Positions 36,659 through 45,885 of a DNA stretch of 64,000 nt are shown here, in pieces. Both the position numbers and the translations under genes were made by a program. The notes beneath the pieces were generated by a model that saw only the letters and a list, made by a program, of their open reading frames with translations, made no database searches and had not been told where the DNA came from. Within the stretch, counting starts at the first letter, position 1, and every line of letters begins with the position of its first letter. The stretch lies in the NCBI RefSeq assembly GCF_003018255.1, contig NZ_CP027440.1; one strand, given 5' to 3'. This stretch comes from Escherichia coli. GTDB taxonomy: Bacteria > Pseudomonadota > Gammaproteobacteria > Enterobacterales > Enterobacteriaceae.

Positions 36659-37008
36659 CGTGGACTCCTGCGCACCACCCACACGGCGCTGTGCTGGATC
36701 AGTTGTGCGCCGCGAAGATGATGACGCTCCAGCCAGGCGAGGAGCGCCTGCGGCAGCCAGGTGTCGGGCTTACCGCGTTTTGCGCGGGCCAGAATCCGCC
36801 CACCACCCTGAATCAGTAATGCCGCGCCAGCAAGTGCCGAACCGGGGATCAACGGCCAGTAGTGGGTTATCAGGGCCAGCAGAATGCCGAACGCACAGCC
36901 GCCGCCAAGACCGAGAGCCAGCGCCAGAAACAGTTCGCTGGTGGTGAGGCCGCGCCAGACCACGGGCTCGCGGTTGAGGCGGTCGGGGAGAAAGGGGATG
37001 GTTGCCAT
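36655..37008 (-). CDS. ICE T4SS small membrane protein
   Basis: Hydrophobic ORF; start MATIPF. Confidence 0.4.
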   Translation of the reverse strand: MATIPFLPDRLNREPVVWRGLTTSELFLALALGLGGGCAFGILLALITHYWPLIPGSALAGAALLIQGGGRILARAKRGKPDTWLPQALLAWLERHHLRGAQLIQHSAVWVVRRSPR

Positions 37009-37009
37009 A

Positions 37010-37327
37010 TCACAGGACGTCCGAAGCCTGGTTGAGCAGCCAGATGATGACCACCAGAAGAATGCTGCCGACGCCTGCCATCGAGCCCAGATCTTTCCAC
37101 TGCTTGCGTCCGCTCTGGATCTCCGAATAGGTAGCAATACAGTTGTTCGCCACTACCAGAAAACCGACGGCACAGATGGCCAGCGCCAGCAGCACCACGA
37201 TGTCAAAACCGTAGTTTTGCAGCGTCTCCATAATGCCCTTGCCCTGACCGCGTGACGGATCTTCCATCGTCGGCAGGTCGGCGAGGGCGTTAAATGTGGC
37301 GAACAGCAGTAACAGAAACCAGCGCAT
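37010..37327 (-). CDS. ICE T4SS membrane protein, pilin-like (VirB2-like)
   Basis: Signal peptide plus two hydrophobic helices, 105 aa. Confidence 0.4.
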   Translation of the reverse strand: MRWFLLLLFATFNALADLPTMEDPSRGQGKGIMETLQNYGFDIVVLLALAICAVGFLVVANNCIATYSEIQSGRKQWKDLGSMAGVGSILLVVIIWLLNQASDVL

Positions 37328-37336
37328 GATGCCTCC

Positions 37337-37570
37337 TCAGCTCAGTACCAGCCAGAAGCTGACTAGCACCAGTAACAGTGAATGGGCCGCCACCGCGCCA
37401 AAGCTCTGCCAGCTCAGACGCTGGCGGCAGACGCCCTGCCAGGCGACCATTAGCGTCCAGGCACACCACAGCAGCAGGACGCTGGTAAACAGGCCGAGCA
37501 CCAGCAGGCTGACGGTCTCCGGTTTGCTCAGGCTGGCGGCCTGAAAGGCGGCGAGTTGCGAGTCAGTCAT
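37337..37570 (-). CDS. ICE small membrane protein
   Basis: Two transmembrane segments, 77 aa. Confidence 0.4.
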   Translation of the reverse strand: MTDSQLAAFQAASLSKPETVSLLVLGLFTSVLLLWCAWTLMVAWQGVCRQRLSWQSFGAVAAHSLLLVLVSFWLVLS

Positions 37571-37871
37571 CGGGATTCTCCTGCTGGTAGTTGGCGCTCA
37601 GGGGCTGAATAGCACGCGGCTGTGCTCTAGCCGGGGCAAGATAGCGGCGAATGCCTTGTTCAACGACAGAGATGTCCTGCTGCGCCTGTAAGTAGTCGAA
37701 GAAGTAGCGCGCCTGCGGATCGTTGCTGGCGCTGGTCCGGGCGTGCTCCAGCGAGGTTTTAACGCCGTCGAGTTGCTTCAGCGCGAGGGCGAGCTGGGTG
37801 GATTCCGGGGAGGCGATTACCAGTACCGGGAAAGGTATTATTAACAGTAATAGTGCTGTCTGGGACTGCAT
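37563..37871 (-). CDS. RAQPRD-family ICE protein
   Basis: Contains ARAQPRAIQP plus a signal peptide. Confidence 0.55.
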   Translation of the reverse strand: MQSQTALLLLIIPFPVLVIASPESTQLALALKQLDGVKTSLEHARTSASNDPQARYFFDYLQAQQDISVVEQGIRRYLAPARAQPRAIQPLSANYQQENPDD

Positions 37872-37938
37872 TTGAAGCTCTCCTTATACTCAATGATTAG
37901 CAAAGTAGGAGAGCTTCAGAGGTGAAGCAGCTAAAAAA

Positions 37939-39180
37939 TCATTTCACTACATGAAGAATTTTTAGCATAGAGTTGTCAATGGTCTGTTTGATTTTCTCGT
38001 AATAAATTGGTTCAGATAATGGCGAGTCCCAGGTATGTATATCATTTTTATCAAAGGGAATACATTTCATCGCTGTCTTTTTTAGTTTTTTCCCTTTTTG
38101 TTCGTACTCGTCAATGTCATTTACAGTGAATTTCAAACTTTCTATTCTTGCTTTGACTATTGCTGTTGGGCAGATGAGTTTTATATTCCCTAAAGTAAAT
38201 GTGTTAACTCCAGTAATGAAGAATCTATCAGGGATGTTTTTATAGTATCGAGTATTCCATATTTTACCATTAAACATACCTGCTGGGTGAGTTGCTCTTT
38301 CAATATAGTATTCATGGGTTCTCTGGTCACTAATCCCTGAAAGATTCATTGTCATATTAGCTATCATGTTGGGAATAGGTCTGTACCAAACGCTAAGTGC
38401 AGCGGTTGCGACAGGTATAAATATTAAAACAACAATAATTCCTGTCATTTTATTGCCGTTTTGCCGTTCATTAATATGTATGATACCAGGCAGAATGCCA
38501 ATTGTAACAATAACTACAGTTATGGCAATGAGTATGCTCATCTCATACCAGTCACTAGTACCCTCACTGAAATTAAGTTGGTTAAACAGAAACATCATTG
38601 GTAATATTTGTACTACTCCAGGTATTATAAGTTGTAAGGATAACCAGAAGTTGAATCCTTTCTTTCTGGATAGTTTTTCGTATCGCACTGTATTATTTAA
38701 GCGAGATTTTTGTTTTCTAAATAGCCGAATCGCACATGTAACATAGCTGTGAATAAATATGGAAATAATACTAAAGGCTGTAATTATGTAGCCATTCCAT
38801 TTTGTCATGTAATAAATGTAATAAGCAATGATTAGCAGGCAGCATATAAATAAGCTATTCTGATAGCAAACAGTAGAAATCCGATGGGTGATGCTAGAAT
38901 ATACCTTTAACTTGTTTTCATATCCAGAGTAAATAAGTATTAAAATAAAAGATGAGATGAAAATTATTAGGCTGAATCCTGATATCGATAATAAAATAAA
39001 AAAGAATATAATCCCTAAGGTTGAACTGAGGTTTACAGCATCGAAAAAAATATCTAATCTATCAATGTTTGATAGGTAAAACCATATAACTGCTATCGTG
39101 AATCCAGTGATGAAGGTAGATGAGGTTACTACTGAAATAATGAATTTTTTGTTTATGATATTAAAAATAGGTTTGTCCAT
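37939..39180 (-). CDS. AT-rich polytopic membrane protein of unknown function inserted within the T4SS operon
   Basis: 413 aa; about 7 N-terminal transmembrane helices plus a C-terminal soluble domain; codon usage unlike the flanking GC-rich genes. Confidence 0.6.
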   Translation of the reverse strand: MDKPIFNIINKKFIISVVTSSTFITGFTIAVIWFYLSNIDRLDIFFDAVNLSSTLGIIFFFILLSISGFSLIIFISSFILILIYSGYENKLKVYSSITHRISTVCYQNSLFICCLLIIAYYIYYMTKWNGYIITAFSIISIFIHSYVTCAIRLFRKQKSRLNNTVRYEKLSRKKGFNFWLSLQLIIPGVVQILPMMFLFNQLNFSEGTSDWYEMSILIAITVVIVTIGILPGIIHINERQNGNKMTGIIVVLIFIPVATAALSVWYRPIPNMIANMTMNLSGISDQRTHEYYIERATHPAGMFNGKIWNTRYYKNIPDRFFITGVNTFTLGNIKLICPTAIVKARIESLKFTVNDIDEYEQKGKKLKKTAMKCIPFDKNDIHTWDSPLSEPIYYEKIKQTIDNSMLKILHVVK

Positions 39181-39225
39181 GGTTTGAATTCCATCTCTAA
39201 AAAATTTCTTGTCTTGTGTTTTTTA

Positions 39226-39510
39226 TCACCAATTTACAGGTAAGCGCCGATGGGTATGAAACACGCGTAAAACCTGAATTATATTATTTCGTACTCGATA
39301 GGGAATGATATAAGGGTAATTATGAAGAATGAGCTCACGTGTTTCAGGTACCCTTCCTTCCCGGCCCATAGCGGGTTGCTCTTTGAGCAGTTGCGTAAGT
39401 CGCCAGACTTCGTTCACAAACCGTTCCGCAGCCTGCGGATCGTCTTCAGCAATATACCGGAACTCAGCTTCGAGATTGGCAATGGCTTTACGTAGCCACT
39501 TAATTTCCAT
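39226..39510 (-). CDS. ParE/RelE-family type II toxin
   Basis: 94 aa; ...ILHNYPYIIPYRVRNNIIQVLRVFH. Confidence 0.75.
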   Translation of the reverse strand: MEIKWLRKAIANLEAEFRYIAEDDPQAAERFVNEVWRLTQLLKEQPAMGREGRVPETRELILHNYPYIIPYRVRNNIIQVLRVFHTHRRLPVNW

Positions 39511-39745
39511 CTGGCTTTACTCCCAGACGTTGAAACAGCTTATCCACCTCATCTGAAGTGGCAAAATCACCGGCATCAGCTTCCTGAATGGCCTGCTCAA
39601 TCTCTGCAACTTGCCAGGCCTCCCGGGCAACATAATCTTCAATTGCCTGATTTGCCAGCCAGGACTTTGAGCGTCCGGTCGCTTTTGATAATGCTTCCAG
39701 TTGCGTGGAAAGATTGTTGTTTAAACGGACTGACATTACGCCCAT
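39500..39745 (-). CDS. Ribbon-helix-helix antitoxin (ParD/CopG-like)
   Basis: Start MGVMSVRLN with GAGG ribosome-binding site; overlaps the toxin start. Confidence 0.65.
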   Translation of the reverse strand: MGVMSVRLNNNLSTQLEALSKATGRSKSWLANQAIEDYVAREAWQVAEIEQAIQEADAGDFATSDEVDKLFQRLGVKPDGN

Positions 39746-39810
39746 ATTGGTGGCCTCATACACATGTACACATTGTATACATTGTAGTGAGGTGCGATTT
39801 TTTGAGCAAC

Positions 39811-40458
39811 TTATAACCAACGTTTAAAGCTTCCTGCTGCCATCCATACCGCTATCCCGGACCATAAGGCGGCAGGAAGTAAAACCAGCATCGCGGGCAG
39901 AGAAAATGGCTGCGCCAGATAAACCACCCAAAGCGTGGTGGTGACTGAACTGCCGCACCTGATGACATAACGGTGGAGAAAAATGGATTCCAGCCCGGAG
40001 CCAAACCGTCTTAAATCCCGGTGTACCAGGCCTTCTGTCAGCCCGGTTACAGCACTGAGGCACAGCAGTGGCAACATGATAACCAGCCACGTCAGGCGCA
40101 GCGCAAAGCTGATCATGGTATAAGCCAGGACGGTAACGGGTTCGTGGAACAACCGACTCACGGCCTTATGTCTGACATCATTAACGCGGGTTATTCCATG
40201 CTCCAGCAGTACTCGTATCTCTTTCCCCAAAGGATGTGGCTGTACCGCAATAATCAGTTCCACCTTCTCCTGCCTCATCACCTGAAAAACATGCCTGCTC
40301 CCTTCCTGCGGCCACCAGAAATATAGCCCCACTAGTTCCAGCACCACTCGCAGCACCAGCGTACCGATAACCAGCCCAATAATCCGTCCGGCCAGTGACA
40401 ATAGCCAGCCAATCGGTCCCTGTGGTGGGCGTGACGGAGGCGGTCGCAGCTCACTCAT
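39811..40458 (-). CDS. ICE integral membrane protein
   Basis: Start MSELRPPP; 4-bp overlap with the TraD stop; multiple transmembrane segments. Confidence 0.5.
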   Translation of the reverse strand: MSELRPPPSRPPQGPIGWLLSLAGRIIGLVIGTLVLRVVLELVGLYFWWPQEGSRHVFQVMRQEKVELIIAVQPHPLGKEIRVLLEHGITRVNDVRHKAVSRLFHEPVTVLAYTMISFALRLTWLVIMLPLLCLSAVTGLTEGLVHRDLRRFGSGLESIFLHRYVIRCGSSVTTTLWVVYLAQPFSLPAMLVLLPAALWSGIAVWMAAGSFKRWL

Positions 40459-42473
40459 TCCGTTAGCCCCTGCTGGCGCGCCTGCATCCACGCCGCCAGT
40501 TGCGCGACAGAATCTGGTAGTGGGCATTGCTTATCCGCTACGGGCAGCGGCAGACGAATTTTCCACAACTGCCCGCCTTCCAGCAGGGCAAAAGCCTGGC
40601 CTTTGGGGAGCTGGATCAGCGCGGCGGTATCCAGCAGCGGTACATTGCGGGTGGTCACCTGCTCGCAGGTGTTGCTGGTAAAGCCGTTGATGCCGCCCGG
40701 CGTGTCGGTGACACCTGAACTGACCTGGCGGCTGCGCACTTCCACCTGTGGCAGTTGCTTCGTCAGCAGTTCGGCGGTGGCGGTTTCGCGTACCCGCAGC
40801 ATAATCAGGTTGTTGAAGTTACCCACCACCTGGCCTGTCTTTGGTGCGCTGCCGATACGGGCCTGAATATCACTCAACGTCTGCGTGTAGGCGGTGACCT
40901 GAATGCCCGCACCGCCGCCCTTGTTGACCAGGGGAATAAACTCCTCGCCCATCAGTTCATTAAACTCATCGCAGTGCAGATTGATAGGCGGCGGTTTTTC
41001 GCTATTGCCGGGCAGTCCATCATTGAGGCCAAATTTATACAGATGCCCGGCGACGCTCACCAGATCGGCAAACATCGAATTGCCGACGGCGGCAGCGACC
41101 ACCGAATCGGAGAGCGCGTCCAACCCGACATAGACTACCGCCTTCTGGCGGATCGCCTGTTGCCAGTCGAGGATCGGACGCGCGTCGTCCAGATCGTGGT
41201 AATCCGGGGCCAGCAGGGCGGCAAGCGTGCCGGTGGTCAGCTTTTCCAGCAGTGGCAGCAGTGAGGCGACAATCTTGTCGAAATAGGTTTTGTCATAGCG
41301 CACCGCCGAGAGCAGGCCATCGAGGATCGGATCGTATAATTTTTCCGCGTTGAGGTACTGCTCCAGCGCCACCACGTGAGGATCGCGGCCCAGCATGTGG
41401 CGCGGCGTGTTTTTGTCGTTAACGCGCTCCGCCAGTTGCACCACCACTTCCCATGACCGCGTGTTGTGGCGCGGCAGCACGATGCGGGCATAGTCGATAA
41501 ACAGGGCGTCGATATTGACGACGTGGCGGGAAATTAACTGATAGTCGGGGCGCTGGCCGAGCGCCACCAGGGCGCGGGCGATGATGTTGACAAAGCGCCA
41601 GGCGAACTCGCGAAAGGCCGCCGAGTTGCCTTCGCCGGAAAGCTGACCAGTGAGGCGAGACGCCACCTCCGAAATGCGGCCAAATCGCCCGATAGCGTTG
41701 TAGCGGGCGGAGAACTCCGGGTACGCCAGATGGAACAGGATAAAGCGGTCGCCGCGTCCGGCGCGCTGCGCTTCTTTCCACATACGCTTCAGCAGATCCG
41801 CGTCGCCTTTCGGATCAAAAACGATCACCACCTCGCCACGGCGGATGTCCTGAGTGGCAAGCAGTTCCGCCAGCCGGGTTTTGCCAACGCGGGTGGTGCC
41901 GAGCACCAGCGTATGGCCGGGGCGTTCACTGAGCGGCAGAGTGACGTCGCACTCTTTTAGTTCCACCCCATGCAACCACGGATTGCCGCCTACGGGTGGC
42001 AGCGGACGTACTGGGTTCAGCCAGCGATCGGCGCTGAGCAGTCGGGCAAGGCCGGGCAGGGTATGCTCGCTGCGTTTTTCGATGTGTCTTGCCAGGCGGT
42101 AACACCATCCGGGGCGCAGCCAGCGTGCGGCTTCCGGTTGCAGGCAGTCGTACAGACGCTGTGTGTGGATGGGCTGCCAGCGAAAGCCTTTACCGAGAAA
42201 CAGCCTCTGGCGGCTGACGGGGATTTTCCGGCTGGTGAGCGCGTAGCGCGGCAGGCGCAGGAGGTTACGCTGGTAGCGTACGATTTGCCATCCCTGCCAG
42301 CCGCGCCGCAGGGCCAGAAGCATCAGGGCACTGGCCATCATGCGGGCCTGCCACGGCGTCAGCATCAGCAGCGGGGCCTGCGTCAGGCAGATTAATGCGC
42401 CACAGCCAGCGATGACGGTGCTGTAAAACTCCACGGGTGGGCGCAGCAGCGCCTCCAGCGCGTAGCGGCTCAT
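40455..42473 (-). CDS. Conjugative coupling protein TraD (VirD4-type ATPase)
   Basis: 672 aa; N-terminal transmembrane segments; Walker A LVLGTTRVGKT. Confidence 0.8.
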   Translation of the reverse strand: MSRYALEALLRPPVEFYSTVIAGCGALICLTQAPLLMLTPWQARMMASALMLLALRRGWQGWQIVRYQRNLLRLPRYALTSRKIPVSRQRLFLGKGFRWQPIHTQRLYDCLQPEAARWLRPGWCYRLARHIEKRSEHTLPGLARLLSADRWLNPVRPLPPVGGNPWLHGVELKECDVTLPLSERPGHTLVLGTTRVGKTRLAELLATQDIRRGEVVIVFDPKGDADLLKRMWKEAQRAGRGDRFILFHLAYPEFSARYNAIGRFGRISEVASRLTGQLSGEGNSAAFREFAWRFVNIIARALVALGQRPDYQLISRHVVNIDALFIDYARIVLPRHNTRSWEVVVQLAERVNDKNTPRHMLGRDPHVVALEQYLNAEKLYDPILDGLLSAVRYDKTYFDKIVASLLPLLEKLTTGTLAALLAPDYHDLDDARPILDWQQAIRQKAVVYVGLDALSDSVVAAAVGNSMFADLVSVAGHLYKFGLNDGLPGNSEKPPPINLHCDEFNELMGEEFIPLVNKGGGAGIQVTAYTQTLSDIQARIGSAPKTGQVVGNFNNLIMLRVRETATAELLTKQLPQVEVRSRQVSSGVTDTPGGINGFTSNTCEQVTTRNVPLLDTAALIQLPKGQAFALLEGGQLWKIRLPLPVADKQCPLPDSVAQLAAWMQARQQGLTE

Positions 42474-42988
42474 GGCGGTGAGGCCTGTTGCAGATGGCGG
42501 CTGACCAGCTTGCGGTATCGCGCGGCAGGCGCGCCGCCAGCGGGACGATGATAGCGGGCGGCGGCATTGAGCCAGCTTCCGGGACGTTCATCGTAGCGCT
42601 GACGCAGCAGTTGCGCGGTGAGCGACAGGTTTTGAAGGGGATACAGGGCGTCGCAGGGAGAGTCAAAATATGCCTGGTGCCAGCCGATGTTGATTTGCCC
42701 GAGTCCCACGTCAATGCGCTTTGGGCTGGTGCGGCGGATGGCAACCAGCAGCGCCTGGCAGGCCTGCTCCCGGCTGGCATAGCGGTAGCCGGTCCCGCTG
42801 ATATTGAGCGTCCACGGCCACGGAAGATGTCTGCCGCTCAGGTTCGTGCCGCTTTCGGTTTGTGTGACGGCCCACAGCAGCTCCGGCGGCACGCGGAAAT
42901 GCTCCGCGGTGCGCAGGTACGCTTCTGGCAGCGGCTGTGCCAGCGCCAGACAGGGTAGCAGCAGGATCAGGGCAGGACCTCGCGCCAT
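42470..42988 (-). CDS. Lytic transglycosylase (SLT domain)
   Basis: Signal peptide; catalytic-region motif LWAVTQTESG. Confidence 0.6.
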   Translation of the reverse strand: MARGPALILLLPCLALAQPLPEAYLRTAEHFRVPPELLWAVTQTESGTNLSGRHLPWPWTLNISGTGYRYASREQACQALLVAIRRTSPKRIDVGLGQINIGWHQAYFDSPCDALYPLQNLSLTAQLLRQRYDERPGSWLNAAARYHRPAGGAPAARYRKLVSRHLQQASPP

Positions 42989-43641
42989 TGCTCCCCCTTA
43001 CGTTCCAGCGCCACCGGGATTTTGCTCTGCCCCAACAGGAGCCAGCGGCCCGCGTCGTGGTTAAGCGTGATGCTGTGTTCACCCACCAGTTTTGCGTCGA
43101 TGCCATGCGCCATCGCCCATCGGCGCACCCGGTTATCATCGCCTTCACTCCCAACCAGCCAGATATCCAGCGGGCGCTGTTGCGCCAGCAGGGTACGCAG
43201 CAGGCTGTCGCAGGGCGGGCAGTCATCTTTAACAAATAGCGAAACGCGGGAAGTACTGGCAGAGGTGGTTTTCAGCGGCGTCAGGCCCGGATACAGGCGC
43301 TGCCAGGCGGCATCATAAGCACGCTGGAAGGCGAGTTCTTTCTCCAGCCGCTGGTACTCCTGCCTGACCAGCAGTTCGGCAAAGCGCTGGCGTTCGTGGT
43401 CAGTGTCGGCTTCTACGCCGAGTGTGGTCAGTGGATCGAGCCCCGGCGACCAGACGCCGCGCGCCTGCTGTTTCAGCGTGAGATAGCGCTGCCACTCCTC
43501 TGGCGTGATGCCCCAGACGGTGGCCTGCTGCTGCGTGGTCAGTGGTTGCAGGGCTGAACCCACGTTCTGGCTGGTCTGCACCTGAAGCGGTTGCGCCCAC
43601 GTGCTGGCGGTGAACAGTAACAGGAGAATCAGGCGTTTCAT
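42967..43641 (-). CDS. ICE periplasmic protein with thioredoxin-like CxxC
   Basis: Signal peptide; DCPPCD motif. Confidence 0.5.
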   Translation of the reverse strand: MKRLILLLLFTASTWAQPLQVQTSQNVGSALQPLTTQQQATVWGITPEEWQRYLTLKQQARGVWSPGLDPLTTLGVEADTDHERQRFAELLVRQEYQRLEKELAFQRAYDAAWQRLYPGLTPLKTTSASTSRVSLFVKDDCPPCDSLLRTLLAQQRPLDIWLVGSEGDDNRVRRWAMAHGIDAKLVGEHSITLNHDAGRWLLLGQSKIPVALERKGEQWREVLP

Positions 43642-43644
43642 CGC

Positions 43645-44301
43645 TTACTCCGGTACTTTCAGCGTCAGCTGGCGTTTACCGTGGCGGAATACCGCCCGGC
43701 GCTCATCAAACCGCGCCAGCCGCCAGCCGTGCCACTGCTCCCCGATACGCAGCCACACTACCTGATGGAGATAAAGGGCCTCCGGCGGCACGATCACTGC
43801 CAGTCGGATATCGCCGCGCTGTACGGTTCCGGCGAGAAAAAACGGGGCCGTTAACGGCCCCAAAGGGTGGAGGGACACGGGATGACGGTAAGCCACCGTC
43901 TGGGGGAGGGAATGGTCGCTGGTAAAACAGACTTCACGGCGGTTTTCGTCTGCGGTCATTCGCCATGCCGGGCCTGCCAGCAGTTGCAGGGCGGCCTTCA
44001 GGCGCAGCGGGCCGGTGTGGTACTGGTTCAACGGTAACGGGAGGCCATAAAGCTGCGCCCGGCGCGCATCGGAGAGACACAAAGACCAGCCGCTGTCGCG
44101 CAGCAGGTACTGCAATGCTTCACCGACTGTCGGGTGAAAACCGGGCGGAACGGACAGGGTGGTAAGCTGTTCGAGTGGCGGTTGTTGCGGTGACGTGCTG
44201 ACCAGCAGATAGCGGTCGTAGCGGACGACTTCTGGCGTTGCAGGGGAGGCGGCCACGCCGTTGAAAATAAACAGGAGCAGAGCTGTCAGCAGTCGTTTCA
44301 T
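43645..44301 (-). CDS. ICE secreted protein
   Basis: Signal peptide MKRLLTALLLFIFNGVAA. Confidence 0.45.
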   Translation of the reverse strand: MKRLLTALLLFIFNGVAASPATPEVVRYDRYLLVSTSPQQPPLEQLTTLSVPPGFHPTVGEALQYLLRDSGWSLCLSDARRAQLYGLPLPLNQYHTGPLRLKAALQLLAGPAWRMTADENRREVCFTSDHSLPQTVAYRHPVSLHPLGPLTAPFFLAGTVQRGDIRLAVIVPPEALYLHQVVWLRIGEQWHGWRLARFDERRAVFRHGKRQLTLKVPE

Positions 44302-44414
44302 CGCATCCTCCACAGTGCTTTTACAGGAGCGTGCCGGATGAGAGGGCTGGGGACTACCGACAACTGTTTGCTGCGTCAAAAAATAGCGCCCGTTATTCCG
44401 GGCGCAAAATCAGA

Positions 44415-44795
44415 TCAGTAAGGGAATCTTTCCCCCATCAGCCCCAGCGTGGCGGCGATGGGGATGCCTTGCTCAGAAAAATGAACGCGTAACGTCAATC
44501 TGACGGTTTGCTGCTGCGTGCTGCCGTTGGTTTTTTGCGTCAGCACCGAGCGGTAATCGATACGAATGGTGCGCTGCGGCGGTTGGTGGGAGATAAAGGC
44601 CACTACCGCTGCCATTTCAACACCTTTCAGCAAGTCCCTGATGGCGTTGTCATTCCGGTCTTCAAGACAGTGCTTGTGGGCCGGAAGGGTAATGGCCAGA
44701 TCCAGTGGCAAGCCAGCGTCCAGCGCCTCGTCATCAAGGTTAATCAGTTTGCCCCGGTCAAGGGCTTCTTCGCGTGAGTTCAATACGGTATTCAT
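44415..44795 (-). CDS. ICE hypothetical protein
   Basis: ORF in operon context. Confidence 0.4.
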   Translation of the reverse strand: MNTVLNSREEALDRGKLINLDDEALDAGLPLDLAITLPAHKHCLEDRNDNAIRDLLKGVEMAAVVAFISHQPPQRTIRIDYRSVLTQKTNGSTQQQTVRLTLRVHFSEQGIPIAATLGLMGERFPY

Positions 44796-44868
44796 CGTGC
44801 GTCTCTCCGGTAAAAGGCCAGGGAAACGCCCCGACGGGGAATTTCCCCGGCAGGGTGAATGCTGTGCG

Positions 44869-45312
44869 TCAGAACTGCGCTACAGGCTCTGCTGGCAGTG
44901 CGGCTGGCGCTGGCTGAGGTTCAGCTTCGCGCTCTGCCCGGTAAACCTCTTCACCGTCAATTTTGATGAGCCCGATGTGCAGCAGATGGGCCTTCAGGCT
45001 GACGCCGGTTTCGCCTTTACGGTCGCCTTTGCTGTAGACAAAGGTGTCGGCGTACAGATCGCCGAGGCGGAACTGGATCAGCACCTTGCGTTTCTGCTCG
45101 CAGGCGTCGATACAGCGGCGCACCAGTTTCTGCGCTTCCTTGCCGCTGACGCGGCAGTCGAACCAGGTGTGCTCCGCGTTGCTGGCTTCGCCCCGTAGTG
45201 CGGCAATGTCGCAACACAGGAACGGTTCGCCTTTTTTCGGGGTCACTTCCCGGATCCGGTTGAGGTAGCCCAGACCGCTGGTGTACAGGTTGAAGTAGTG
45301 GGTATCGTTCAT
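44869..45312 (-). CDS. ICE hypothetical protein
   Basis: 147-aa ORF next to the topB gene. Confidence 0.4.
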   Translation of the reverse strand: MNDTHYFNLYTSGLGYLNRIREVTPKKGEPFLCCDIAALRGEASNAEHTWFDCRVSGKEAQKLVRRCIDACEQKRKVLIQFRLGDLYADTFVYSKGDRKGETGVSLKAHLLHIGLIKIDGEEVYRAEREAEPQPAPAALPAEPVAQF

Positions 45313-45595
45313 GGTGGTATCTCCGTGTTGAAGGTGCGGAGCGCCCCATGCGCGGGAACGCCCCGCTTCGGGTTTGGCTCATTGGCTGCAAGGCCTCTGA
45401 GTTACTGGCAGTACGGGCATTCCGCGCTGTGCGCCTCCGCGTTTCAGGAATGCATGGCGGGTTTTGGGGTTGACCTGTTTAGTTGAATCTTCGGTAGGGA
45501 GAAACGAAAGGTGGAATTGTTTTTACGGCGTGAAAGTTGGAAGTACAGAATGCAAAAAGGCCTTAATAACTAAGGCCCTGAAAGTTAGCTAAATA

Positions 45596-45778
45596 TTATT
45601 TCCGGCGGTCATCGACTTCTTTGGCGACACCTTTAAAGGGAGTGCCGTCCTGCTTCTGGTCGATAAAGCGACCTGTCGTTGTATCGCGTTTGGTGTAGTT
45701 GCCATTCTGCGGATTCTGAACCTGTGTGCGGTCTGTAACAGAGCCCTTGCGATAACCGTCTCCGGTATTCTTGGCCAT
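45596..45778 (-). CDS. Small basic hypothetical protein (60 aa)
   Basis: GGAG ribosome-binding site; 14-bp palindrome GAGGAATATTCCTC at 45797-45810 just upstream; hairpin downstream. Confidence 0.4.
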   Translation of the reverse strand: MAKNTGDGYRKGSVTDRTQVQNPQNGNYTKRDTTTGRFIDQKQDGTPFKGVAKEVDDRRK

Positions 45779-45885
45779 CTTAACACTCCGAAAAATGAGG
45801 AATATTCCTCAGAGAGGATCATCAGACTGCCAATTTGAACGAGCAATCAGGGAAAAGTAAAAGTGTGATGCAGGAAACAGGTTAT

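Noticed and set aside
40755-41264. 169-aa plus-strand ORF
   Set aside because: Antisense to TraD, which has a Walker A motif and operon context.
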